From IMG/VR virus record IMGVR_UViG_2698536428_000019: DNA of 38,544 nucleotides; one strand, written 5' to 3'. Source of the DNA: a virus (Duplodnaviria; Heunggongvirae; Uroviricota; Caudoviricetes). Positions 1 through 10,090 of this stretch are shown here, piece after piece (position 1 is the first letter of the stretch; each line of letters starts with the position of its first letter). The notes beneath the pieces are model-generated. The model worked only from the letters and a program-made list of their open reading frames with translations. It was not told the DNA's origin and made no database searches. A program made the position numbers and the translations under genes.

Positions 1-1293
<1,293 letters not shown>

Positions 1294-1317
1294 TACCCAA
1301 TTTTTCTGAATCTAAAA

Positions 1318-1338
1318 AGCGCCTGCGGGCGGTTTTTG
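1318..1338 (+). terminator. weak hairpin plus T-run just after serS stop
   Basis: Short GC stem (cgcc/ggcg) followed by gttttt about 25 nt after the serS stop codon. Confidence 0.35.
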
Positions 1339-1411
1339 CATGAGATTAATTAACTGAAAATAAAAGGGATTTATTTTCAGGTGTCCATATAATGTCCATC
1401 TTTGAAACAAA

Positions 1412-1452
1412 AAAGCCCGCAGTTTTTACGCTACGGGCTTTGTTTTTCTTTG
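1412..1452. terminator. bidirectional intrinsic terminator
   Basis: Stem AAAGCCCG...CGGGCTTT flanked by an A-run upstream and a T-rich tract downstream, so it reads as stem plus T6 on the minus strand and stem plus T-rich on the plus strand. Confidence 0.55.
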
Positions 1453-1477
1453 TGACTTGCGTGTGAGGGTGCTACTT

Positions 1478-1835
1478 TCGACCGAACCTTTGGCAACCGG
1501 ATAGCGGGGGCTTTCACCCCCGCTGCGGTTTCTTACGGTTTACACTGCAAGAACGCCGCAAATTCTGACCACATGATGTTAAGTCTGAACTCACACGGCG
1601 AACGGTGTATCATCCAGACTGTCAACAACATGGTTAAGCATAAAATGCTCACGATGATCGTTTTTTGCGGCATAGCGCTTGCTCCTTTTTCAAAGAGGCG
1701 CTAACCTTCCACTTGCGAAGGTTAGATGGTTAGGGCCTCGGGTTAAACAAATGTTTGACTCGGGGCCTTTTCACATCCGGCCTTCAGGTAATCCTTCCAG
1801 CCGTCAGCCGAAAGGCACCCACGTGTAATCTACTG
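1478..1835. repeat. direct repeat, copy 1 of 2 (about 360 bp)
   Basis: Near-identical to 1950..2311 with scattered substitutions and small indels (offset about 472-476 bp); begins with the GC hairpin agcgggggctttcacccccgct. Confidence 0.85.
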
Positions 1836-1890
1836 ATTTCCCTTTGTGCGCGCAATGCTCAGTGTTGAAACTGTTTAGGGGGAGGGCGGC

Positions 1891-1913
1891 AAAAAAGCCC
1901 GCATATTGCGGGC
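1891..1913 (-). terminator. intrinsic terminator for leftward transcription, in the spacer between the repeat copies
   Basis: Minus strand reads GCCCGCA-ata-TGCGGGC followed by TTTTTT. Confidence 0.5.
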
Positions 1914-1949
1914 AAATACGTCTGTAATCCAATGGAGAAAGGGGTGCCA

Positions 1950-2311
1950 TATCGACTGAACCCGACAACCGGATAGCGGGGGCTTTCACCCCCGCTGCGG
2001 TTTCTTACTGTTTACACTGCAAGAACGCCGCAAATTCTGACCACATGATGTTAAGTCTGAACTCACACGGCGAACGGTGTATCATCCAGATGGCCAACAA
2101 CATGGTTAAGCATAAAATGCTCACGATGATCGTTTTTTGCAGCATAGCGCTTGACTCCTTTTACAGGGAGGCGCTAACCTTCCACTTGTCTAGGGTAGGA
2201 ATGGTTAGGGCCTCGGGTTAAACAATATGTTTGACTCGGGGCCTTTCCACATCCGGCCTTCAGGTTTTCCTTCCAGCCGTCAGCCGAAAGGCACCCGCGC
2301 GTAATGTACTG
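1950..2311. repeat. direct repeat, copy 2 of 2; abuts the prophage ogr end
   Basis: Same unit as 1478..1835; its right edge encodes the last codons of the ogr-like ORF. Confidence 0.85.
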
Positions 2312-2582
2312 GTTTTAAAGCCATACCGCAATCCTCCAGTTGTAGCGTTAACTGACTGCGTCCCTGATGGGATTTGCGCATTGTCTCCCGTGGAATATCT
2401 TTATCGTGGAAGATCAACTGAGGCTGGCCAATAATTCTGTGCACACTTTCCATTGTTGAAAATGTGGCGCTGCACTCAAGGTTATTGCACTGATAGTATT
2501 TGTAGCGGATGGTGCCGGTATCATTGGCGGCTTTACTGGTACGGATCCGGGCAGATGCGCCGCAGAATGGACAATGAAACAT
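2280..2582 (-). CDS. ogr: Ogr-type zinc-finger late-gene activator (P2 Ogr / 186 delta family), C-terminally extended
   Basis: MFHCPFCG...YYQCNNLECSATF... matches the Ogr C4 zinc-finger pattern; start chosen at the internal ATG with SD aggggg (ORF track starts further upstream). About 100 aa versus about 72 aa for P2 Ogr. Confidence 0.8.
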   Translation of the reverse strand: MFHCPFCGASARIRTSKAANDTGTIRYKYYQCNNLECSATFSTMESVHRIIGQPQLIFHDKDIPRETMRKSHQGRSQLTLQLEDCGMALKPVHYARVPFG

Positions 2583-2626
2583 TGATATACCCCCCTGGCT
2601 GAACTGGGGTTGAACTCGTCGCCATT

Positions 2627-3751
2627 CTAACCATTGCTTTCCTTTTCGGCTATCCACTCGGGTATTCTTGCCTCCAGTTCAAGCCTTGTGGTGAAGCCGC
2701 TTCCGTCGATATTGTGTTCCACTTTTGCAATGAGCCAGTCCTGATTGTCTATTTCGGTTTTAAAGCCGGTTACCGTGCCATGCATTTCAGGGTAAAGCTC
2801 CGCTCTGCCCCGGGCCAGCGTGATGGAGAATTCAGCCGCACCGCGCTGTAATTGCTGCCACCTGGCGGCAGCTGCGCGCTGTGCAGCAATTTCATTTGGG
2901 TAGGTTTTTCTCAGAACGAACACGTTACCTTCTGCCCCCTCCATGTAGCTGCCTTCCCGGCTGCTGCTCTTTTCAGCGTGAGTTTTTCGTTTTTTTATGT
3001 TGACGGCTTTCTTTTTGCCATGATTCAAATCCAGCCAGTACGCCTTCACCCCTGTGTATGCCTGGCGATCGGCTATTCTGAACTGGTGACTGTCTCCGTC
3101 ACTGCGTGCCAGTGCAAATGAGGGGAGTGGGCGCCCGTCAGCTGTCACGCCGCCACCCGGCAGAATGAACAGCAGACAGCCATTTTTGACGGTAGTGATG
3201 GCTCCCAGCATATCAGCCATGCGGGTAAGGAATGACATGTCGCTTTCTTCCGTCTGGTCGGCATGATCGATTTCAATATCCATAAGCATATCGCTTATCT
3301 GGGCTTTCAGTCCGTAACGGTGGGCAATAGCGGAAACCACGCGTTCAACAGTCACGTCGTGCCAGGATACTTCCCGTTTGACGTTAAATTCCTCCCTGAA
3401 GTCTGCGCTGTTTGCACTCAGTGTCAGCCGATCCGGAGGTCCTTCATGAGCGACCTCATCAACAATGTAGGTGCCTTTATCAACCAGAGGCTCTCCCTTC
3501 CATCCCAGCATGACTCTGATGTGTGTTCCCCGCCCGGGGAGAGCCAGCTGCCCGTCGGCATCATCCAGCACAAGAGTGACCCTGTCTGCTTCAAACCCCC
3601 GGTTGTCTGTCATGGAAAGCGATATCACCCGGTTATTCAGTTCCTGAAGAGTGTTTTTATCCTGCTCCCTGTCCAGTGAAACGCTGAAATCAGGCATTTT
3701 CACCAGTTCTTTCAGGGGGGAATAAACCGTGTTACCGTTCAGCAATACCAT
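2627..3751 (-). CDS. phage tail protein D (late control gene D family)
   Basis: 375 aa from the internal ATG at 3751 with SD ggagga; ORF-track start at 4111 is an upstream read-through overlapping the sheath gene. Length and position next to ogr match P2 gpD. Confidence 0.85.
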   Translation of the reverse strand: MVLLNGNTVYSPLKELVKMPDFSVSLDREQDKNTLQELNNRVISLSMTDNRGFEADRVTLVLDDADGQLALPGRGTHIRVMLGWKGEPLVDKGTYIVDEVAHEGPPDRLTLSANSADFREEFNVKREVSWHDVTVERVVSAIAHRYGLKAQISDMLMDIEIDHADQTEESDMSFLTRMADMLGAITTVKNGCLLFILPGGGVTADGRPLPSFALARSDGDSHQFRIADRQAYTGVKAYWLDLNHGKKKAVNIKKRKTHAEKSSSREGSYMEGAEGNVFVLRKTYPNEIAAQRAAAARWQQLQRGAAEFSITLARGRAELYPEMHGTVTGFKTEIDNQDWLIAKVEHNIDGSGFTTRLELEARIPEWIAEKESNG

Positions 3752-3816
3752 AATTCCTCCGTTTTTCCCGCCACAGTTGCATACCAGAAACACCACCGGA
3801 ATGAGTTTGGGTTGTA

Positions 3817-3834
3817 TGTGTATTGCGAGAAACC
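3817..3834. promoter_or_regulatory. imperfect Ogr-type dyad (TGT-N12-ACC) midway between divergent D and sheath genes
   Basis: TGTgtattgcgagaaACC; centre about 3825 versus midpoint 3824 between the D ATG (3751) and sheath ATG (3897). Resembles the TGT-N12-ACA element of P2 late promoters. Confidence 0.3.
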
Positions 3835-3896
3835 GCAGTTCGTGAAAAAGCTCCCCGTGTTCGTAAAGATCTCTGCTGAACTCACACCAATGCAGG

Positions 3897-5093
3897 GTGA
3901 ATAATATGGCTGAAACCCGTTTCCATGGCGTGCGGGTCCGGGAGAATGCGGATCTGGTCACGGCCATTAATGATATTGACTCCAGTGTGATTGGTATCGT
4001 GGCTGTTGCTGATGATGCTGATGCAAAAACATTTCCGCTGGATAAGCCGGTGCTCCTGACGCGCGTTATGGATGTGCTGGGTAAGGCCGGGAAAACCGGC
4101 ACGCTGTACAAAAGTCTGAAAGCTATTGCCGATCAGGTCAGCACCAGAGTTGTTGTGGTGCGGGTTGCTGCTGCGAAGGAGGGGGATGGTCAGCCGACAC
4201 AAACGCAGCTTGTTATTGGTGAGGTCAAAAATGACGGAACCTATACAGGCATGCAGGCGCTCCTGGTGGCTGAACAGAATGAGGCTGTTGGTGTTCGTCC
4301 CAGGATCCTGGCCGTGCCATCGCTTGACACCAAAGAGGTGGTGGCGGCACTGGTAACCGTCGCGAAAAAGCTGCGTGCCTTTGTGTATGCGGGCTGTCCC
4401 GGCTGTAATACCGTGCAGGAGGCCGTTACCTGGCGCGCCGATCTTGCTCACCGTGAAGTTATGCTGATCTGGCCTGATTTTATCGCGTACAACCCTAACA
4501 GTGGCCAGAATGAGGCTTTTCCTGCATCTGCGTATGCGTGCGGGTTGCGTGCGAAGATTGACCACGAGCAGGGCTGGCATAAATCCCTGTCCAATGTGGC
4601 AGTGAATAATGTCCTGGGTATTTCTGTGCCGGTGTTCTGGTCGCTCCAGGCAGAGGACAGTGACGCGGAAACCCTCAATGACAAGGAGATCACCACACTC
4701 ATTAAACGTAACGGCTTCCGTTTCTGGGGTAACCGGACTCTCGACACCACTACCTACACCTTTGAGACCTACACGCGTACGGCGCAGTCGCTGGCGGATA
4801 CCATCGCCGAATCGCAGTTTGAAACCGTGGACAAGCCGCTGACGCCGTCGAACGTGAAGGATGTGTTAAGCGATATCCGGGCAAAACTGAGTGCCCTTGT
4901 GACAGCGGGTAAACTTATCGGGGCAGAGTGCTGGTATGACGTGGTGGATAACGGCACAACGGATCTGCGTCAGGGGATTGTGCGGATCCGCTACAGATAT
5001 ACGCCGGTACCACCGCTTGAAGATCTGGAGCTTCACCAGACGTTTACTGATGAGTTCTTTGACGGTGCATTTGCATCACTGGGAGGTGAGTAA
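3897..5093 (+). CDS. tail sheath protein (P2 FI homolog)
   Basis: 398 aa; translation aligns along its length with P2 FI as recalled (e.g. KPVLLT, LRAF.Y, WPDF, GFRFWGNRT, YTPVPPLE). Confidence 0.95.
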   Translation: MNNMAETRFHGVRVRENADLVTAINDIDSSVIGIVAVADDADAKTFPLDKPVLLTRVMDVLGKAGKTGTLYKSLKAIADQVSTRVVVVRVAAAKEGDGQPTQTQLVIGEVKNDGTYTGMQALLVAEQNEAVGVRPRILAVPSLDTKEVVAALVTVAKKLRAFVYAGCPGCNTVQEAVTWRADLAHREVMLIWPDFIAYNPNSGQNEAFPASAYACGLRAKIDHEQGWHKSLSNVAVNNVLGISVPVFWSLQAEDSDAETLNDKEITTLIKRNGFRFWGNRTLDTTTYTFETYTRTAQSLADTIAESQFETVDKPLTPSNVKDVLSDIRAKLSALVTAGKLIGAECWYDVVDNGTTDLRQGIVRIRYRYTPVPPLEDLELHQTFTDEFFDGAFASLGGE

Positions 5094-5602
5094 TGGCGGT
5101 ACCAAACAAACTTCGCGTTTTCACGGTGTACATCGATGGCGAAAACAAGCTGGGGCGGGTGACGTCCTTCACGCCGCCTAAACTGACCCGAAAAACGGAG
5201 TCCTTCCGTGGTGCCGGGATGCCCGGCAGTGTTTCCGTCGACTTTGGTCTTGATGATGGTGCACTGGATCTCTCTTTTGCGGTAGGCGGCGCAGATGCCC
5301 ACCTTTTCTCCCGTTATGCCGGGTCACTTGATGAAGTCCGTCTTCGCTTTTCCGGTGAGTACTATTCGGATGCGGATATCAGATATGTGGATATTGAGGT
5401 CCGCGGGCGCATCACTGAAATCGATATGGGGGAGGCGAAGCAGGGTGAAGACACTGAGCACAGTTATTCGATGAAAAACACCTGGTACAGACTGAGTGTG
5501 GACGATCGGGAAAAAATCGAATTTGATGTGCTGAATTTTATCTGGCGCATTGACGGTAAGGATGTGCTGCCGGATCGCACCCGCTCGATGCTGGGCTTCT
5601 GA
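5093..5602 (+). CDS. tail tube protein (P2 FII homolog)
   Basis: 169 aa; TAATG overlap with the sheath stop and SD gggaggtg; position and size match FII. Confidence 0.9.
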   Translation: MAVPNKLRVFTVYIDGENKLGRVTSFTPPKLTRKTESFRGAGMPGSVSVDFGLDDGALDLSFAVGGADAHLFSRYAGSLDEVRLRFSGEYYSDADIRYVDIEVRGRITEIDMGEAKQGEDTEHSYSMKNTWYRLSVDDREKIEFDVLNFIWRIDGKDVLPDRTRSMLGF

Positions 5603-5649
5603 TTATTGTTTAACAGAGAACGGCGGGGATCCCGCCGTGGAGACTGAAA

Positions 5650-6039
5650 ATGGATAAAGAAACGGAAATGGCCACTGACACTGCCGTCAGTAACGGGGAG
5701 GCTTCCGCGGTGGCAGTTGCCGCTACGGCTGCACCTAAGAACGTGGTGAAGCTGACGGTGCCTGTTGTGCGCGGAGATGTGTCGTACAGTGAAATTAAAA
5801 TCGGACCGCTGGCGAATCAGGCCGGATCTCTGCGTGGGCTGTCTTTGCTTGCGCTTTACAACATGAACTGTGATGCCATGGTCACCTGGCTTGCGCGTGT
5901 GACAGAGCCAAAACTTAAGGAGGCCGAAATGTATGCCATGAATACGGCGGATTTTACGGCGCTGAGCTCGGCGGCGGTTAATTTTTTCGCACCCTCGGGG
6001 TCGAATGCACCGGCACCGGAGAACACGGCAGAGCCGTAA
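5650..6039 (+). CDS. tail assembly chaperone (P2 E homolog)
   Basis: 129 aa acidic/Ala-rich protein between tube and tape measure; SD ggag upstream. Confidence 0.8.
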   Translation: MDKETEMATDTAVSNGEASAVAVAATAAPKNVVKLTVPVVRGDVSYSEIKIGPLANQAGSLRGLSLLALYNMNCDAMVTWLARVTEPKLKEAEMYAMNTADFTALSSAAVNFFAPSGSNAPAPENTAEP

Positions 6040-6197
6040 CCTGTCTTTGCTTTGACTGCATTGAAGATCCCGTTGCGGATATTGCTGTTATTTTTAACTG
6101 GCCGCCCGCAGAGATATTTGCAATGACGCCTGCAGAGGTGGTCGCCTGGCGTGAGCGGGCGGCTGCCAGAAGCGGAAGTCACAATCATGATGAATAA
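5650..6197 (+). CDS. E+E' frameshift-extended chaperone (programmed -1 frameshift at 5982..5988)
   Basis: In-frame slippery heptamer T_TTT_TTC; the -1 frame is open from 5988 to a TAA at 6195..6197, which overlaps the tape-measure ATG. Confidence 0.5.
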
Positions 6198-8979
6198 TCT
6201 GCATATCAGGGTTGCTCTGGCGGCGGCAGACACCCTGACACAACCTCTCAGGCGCGCCCGCGAAACCGTGGGCGCGCTTTCTGATTCCCTCCGTGAAACT
6301 CAGGACTCCATCCGCTCGCTTGAACGGCAGAGTGAAGCCTTTGCTGCGGCACAGACTAAATTTGACGAAGCCACCCGGAAAATTGCCGCTGTTCAGCAGC
6401 AACTGAACCGTCTGCAGCAGGCGGAGCGTGAGGGTACCGTGCTCAGTGAACGGCAGCGTGAAATGATGGCTTCGCTGACCACCCGGCTTGAACGTCTGAA
6501 CCGGGTGAGGGATGTACATCAGCGACGCCTGGAGGATTCACGCCGGGAGCTGGAGAGACACGGTATTGCCGCAGAGGGCAGCAGTCAGACCATACAGGCA
6601 GCCATTCGCCGGACGGCAGAGTATAACGAAGAGCTGGCGCGACAGCGGCAGGCACTCGCACAGGTGACCCGTGCACAGCAACGCTATGAACAGGCGCAGG
6701 AGCGACTCGGGCGGATACGTAATGCCGGTGCGGCGGCACTGGCTGCCGGTGCAGCAGGACTTTACGCTGGCGGGCGTGCTGTTGCGCCGGTGATGGATCT
6801 CCAGCGTCATGGTGCCGTCATTGCGGCTCAGGCAGGAGAGGGCGCGTCAGATGCCGTGGGGTATACCGGGGTTATAAACCACATGGTTCATACCGGTATC
6901 ACACCGGATGCACAACTGGCGGCTGAAGCTGTGGGTGCTGTCCGCTCCACTCTGGGTGGGCTGGGGGCGGTTAGTGAGAATGAACTGACCCGAATCACCC
7001 GAAAAATGCTGGATATGCAGGCCGTGATGGGGGGCGATATCCCGCAGCACATTCAGGCGGCTGCCATCATGATCAAAAACGGTCTTGCACGCAGCAGTGA
7101 CGAGGCGGTTGATCTGATGGTGGCGGGCATGCAGCGCATGGGGCCGGTTATGCGCGATGAGCTGCCTGAGATCCTTCACGAGTATTCGACCCATTTTCGT
7201 AACATGGGGCTGACAGGGTCGGAAACCATGACGCTCCTTGCGGATATGGCGCAGCAGGGGAAGTTTGCGCTGGATAAAACCGGCGATGCCATCAAGGAGT
7301 TCAGTATTCGCGGCTCCGATATGTCAAAGGCGAGTGCTGAAGCGTATGCGCTTATCGGGCTGGATGCAGCCAGGATGTCATCGGCTGTAGCCAGTGGTGG
7401 AACGGCTGCACGGGCTGCGCTGCAGAAAACAGCCTCGGGTCTGTTGCAGATCGTCGATCCGGCTGAGCGGGCCAATGCGGCCATCGCACTTTTTGGTACA
7501 CCGGTTGAAGATCTGTCTGTCGATCAAATCCCTGCCTTTCTTGGCGCGCTGGCGCGGGTGTCTGACCGTATGGCTGACGTGTCTGGTGTGGCGGACCGGA
7601 TGGGGCAAACCCTGCGTGACAATCTGAGTGGTGATGTGGCGCGGCTTACCGGGACGTTCAGCGCGCTGAGAAGTGGGATTATCGGGGAGATTACGGACGA
7701 TCTGCGTGGGCTTGTCCGGATGGCCACAGCGTGGGGTGAGCGTCTGCAGGCGTGGGTGAATGCGCATCCGGAACTGGTGCGAATGATTGCGCTGACGACG
7801 GGAGCGGTGCTGGCGTTAACCACAGCGATGGGGGCGTTGTCCGTTGCGGCCTGGATGGTTGTCGCACCGTTACTGAAACTGCGTCTGGGGCTTGCCCTGC
7901 TTCGCGCGATCCCGGCCGGACTCTCTGTTGCCGGTACGCTGTTTGGCGGACTGACGGGTGTGATTTCAGCCGTGGGGGCTGCGCTGGGGGCGCTGACCTG
8001 GCCGGTTGTGGTGGCGGTGGGAGCCCTGGTCGGTGGTGCTCTGCTGATCTGGCGCTACTGGGATCGGGTCAGGGCGTTTGTGAGCGGATTTATTGAAGTG
8101 GTACAGTCAGCACTGGCGCCCTTCATGGCGACAGCCTCCCGTTTTGCGCCGCTGCTGGATCTGGTTTCAGGGGCACTGTCCCGTATTCTGGGATGGTTTA
8201 AATCCCTGTTAACGCCAGTCTCCTCCACGCGTGATTTGCTTGAGCAGTGCACCTCTGCCGGGCAGACGTTCGGGAGCACTCTGGCCGGTGCGTTAGCCAC
8301 GGTTTTTTCGCCCCTGAAAGCTCTGATTGACGGTCTGGCGTGGGTGCTGGAAAAACTCGGTGTTCTGCCCGGTGAAGCTGAGCGGGTTAAGCGAAAACTG
8401 GATGAGGCCCGTAAAACGCCGGTGGCATGGGAGTGGGATCCGGAACAGAAAAAAATGGTTCAGAAGGCGTGGCACTGGTCGCCTCCTGGTGGGGCCAGTG
8501 TGCCTTCCGGCGCCTCCGGTACACAGCCTCCGCCGGTGGCGCTCCCTGCGGGGATAGCGCCGGACGGTAACCGTAACGTTCTCCGTCACCTGAAAGGCAT
8601 TGAGGGGAATACCGGTGGTCTGCTGGCTGAAAACCGTAAACGTATCGGACCCGGAGATATTGTGTTTAAACATCTTCCACGGGCGCTGGCGGTCCGGGGG
8701 CAGTGGCATGAACCTGTCGTTGCGCCGTCTTCCGGCGGAATGCGCGCGCTGCCACAGGAGGAGATTCAGGTGCAGCAATGGCCGACGGCACGCCCGGCGC
8801 CACGAATGCACCAGCAGGAAACCTTCGCCAGCGCCTTTCAGGGGGAGATACATGTGCATCTTCACGGGGTGAGTTCGCATAATCCCCGGGAACTGGCGCG
8901 CATGGTTGGTGACGCTGTCAGGGCGGAAATGAACAGAATGGCACGTGCCGGAACCGGCAGCTTCCGCGATCGCGACTGA
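6187..8979 (+). CDS. tail tape measure protein (P2 T homolog)
   Basis: About 930 aa with coiled-coil N-terminus and Gly/Ala-rich hydrophobic segments; start taken at MMNNLH (first ATG of the ORF is at 6151). Confidence 0.9.
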   Translation: MMNNLHIRVALAAADTLTQPLRRARETVGALSDSLRETQDSIRSLERQSEAFAAAQTKFDEATRKIAAVQQQLNRLQQAEREGTVLSERQREMMASLTTRLERLNRVRDVHQRRLEDSRRELERHGIAAEGSSQTIQAAIRRTAEYNEELARQRQALAQVTRAQQRYEQAQERLGRIRNAGAAALAAGAAGLYAGGRAVAPVMDLQRHGAVIAAQAGEGASDAVGYTGVINHMVHTGITPDAQLAAEAVGAVRSTLGGLGAVSENELTRITRKMLDMQAVMGGDIPQHIQAAAIMIKNGLARSSDEAVDLMVAGMQRMGPVMRDELPEILHEYSTHFRNMGLTGSETMTLLADMAQQGKFALDKTGDAIKEFSIRGSDMSKASAEAYALIGLDAARMSSAVASGGTAARAALQKTASGLLQIVDPAERANAAIALFGTPVEDLSVDQIPAFLGALARVSDRMADVSGVADRMGQTLRDNLSGDVARLTGTFSALRSGIIGEITDDLRGLVRMATAWGERLQAWVNAHPELVRMIALTTGAVLALTTAMGALSVAAWMVVAPLLKLRLGLALLRAIPAGLSVAGTLFGGLTGVISAVGAALGALTWPVVVAVGALVGGALLIWRYWDRVRAFVSGFIEVVQSALAPFMATASRFAPLLDLVSGALSRILGWFKSLLTPVSSTRDLLEQCTSAGQTFGSTLAGALATVFSPLKALIDGLAWVLEKLGVLPGEAERVKRKLDEARKTPVAWEWDPEQKKMVQKAWHWSPPGGASVPSGASGTQPPPVALPAGIAPDGNRNVLRHLKGIEGNTGGLLAENRKRIGPGDIVFKHLPRALAVRGQWHEPVVAPSSGGMRALPQEEIQVQQWPTARPAPRMHQQETFASAFQGEIHVHLHGVSSHNPRELARMVGDAVRAEMNRMARAGTGSFRDRD

Positions 8980-8989
8980 GGTGAAAAAG

Positions 8990-9481
8990 ATGATGATGAT
9001 TTATGGGATGTTTGTGTTTCAGTTAAGTACCCTGCCGCATCAGCAGGTGGAACAGAGTAAACGCTGGCGACACGTCAGTAATGAACGGGTTAACCGTTCA
9101 TCCTCCTGGCAGTATATTGGCTCTGGTGAAGATCACATCACGATGTCCGGTGTGCTCTGTCCGGAAATCACCGGCGGGGAGGTGTCACTGACTGCCCTGA
9201 ACACCCTGGCCTACACAGGATTACCCTGGCCACTGATTGATGGTGTCGGACAGATTTACGGGATGTATGTCATTACGGAAATCAGGACCACCCGTCAGGA
9301 GCTGGATCGCTATGGCATGGCCCGCAAAATTGAGTTCACTGTCAGCTTTCAGCGATGCAATGAAGATCTGCGTGAGCGTCTTCAGTCGGGCTCGGTGGGT
9401 GATCTGATGGCAGGATTAAAAAACAGCGCGTCGTCGGCCCTGTCGTCGGCGTCCTCTGCGCTGTCTGGTCTCATGTTGTGA
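8990..9481 (+). CDS. tail protein U homolog
   Basis: MMMIYGMFVF...WPL(I/L)DG.G.IYGMYVI matches P2 gpU; SD gaggtg; ORF-track start at 8945 is upstream of the RBS-supported ATG. Confidence 0.9.
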   Translation: MMMIYGMFVFQLSTLPHQQVEQSKRWRHVSNERVNRSSSWQYIGSGEDHITMSGVLCPEITGGEVSLTALNTLAYTGLPWPLIDGVGQIYGMYVITEIRTTRQELDRYGMARKIEFTVSFQRCNEDLRERLQSGSVGDLMAGLKNSASSALSSASSALSGLML

Positions 9482-9491
9482 AGGTCACTGT

Positions 9492-10079
9492 TCAGGCTTC
9501 GGCTTCTTTTCCCCAGCCAACCTTATAGTCCAGAATCGCCGCCGTATCGTTCAGGGCGGCGATCTCTTTTTTCATGTTACGCTGGCGAATGTGAATTTCC
9601 ATCCCTTTGGCAAACAGGGCTTTTGCGGCTGCATCGCTGAGGGCAATCAGCTCATCAGCAGAAACAGGAACATCGTTGTTCTGTGCATCAGTCCAGAAAA
9701 AATCCAGCGGCAGGATCCCCGCTTTTGCGGCAGCAACGGAAGGCTCAAGGCGGGCCTGCGTTGACTTCCCGTAGTCCCATTTCCTGCCGTTATGTTCAAA
9801 GGTGTAACTCGCCGCTTCCATCGCATTACGCCAGGCGTTGATTTCGTCGTTTTTCAGGCGTCTGGCGTTTTCCCTGTCAGTGTCGTTTTCCTGGTATTCA
9901 GATACAGAGCCGTGATTTCCTGCTTTCAGTTCGCCCCAGAGTTTTTTGCCGTGTGGCGAGTTGTCATATTCGGTTGCCGTATAGGGCAGCCAGCTCTCCT
10001 CCCCTTCAAACTGGATCTCACAGTCGATAGTGCCGTCACGGTTATAAGCGGCATTTCTTGCTGATTTGATTGTGTGCAT
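9492..10079 (-). CDS. tail fibre assembly protein (P2 G / Tfa family)
   Basis: 195 aa immediately downstream of the fibre gene; typical Tfa size and position. Confidence 0.85.
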   Translation of the reverse strand: MHTIKSARNAAYNRDGTIDCEIQFEGEESWLPYTATEYDNSPHGKKLWGELKAGNHGSVSEYQENDTDRENARRLKNDEINAWRNAMEAASYTFEHNGRKWDYGKSTQARLEPSVAAAKAGILPLDFFWTDAQNNDVPVSADELIALSDAAAKALFAKGMEIHIRQRNMKKEIAALNDTAAILDYKVGWGKEAEA

Positions 10080-10090
10080 GAGTCTCTCCG

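Noticed and set aside
1478-2311. Repeats as tRNA, tmRNA or retron msr-msd
   Set aside because: No tRNA-like T-arm/acceptor pattern or tmRNA similarity seen, and no reverse transcriptase nearby; left as uncharacterised repeats.
3752-4111. N-terminal 120 codons of the 494-aa ORF-track version of gene D
   Set aside because: Overlaps the divergent sheath gene; an internal ATG at 3751 with a strong SD gives a D protein of the expected size.
6443-8880. Multiple 75-195-aa ORFs on both strands inside the tape-measure gene
   Set aside because: Lie within a long GC-rich coding gene; Arg/Pro/Ala-rich translations typical of out-of-frame reads.
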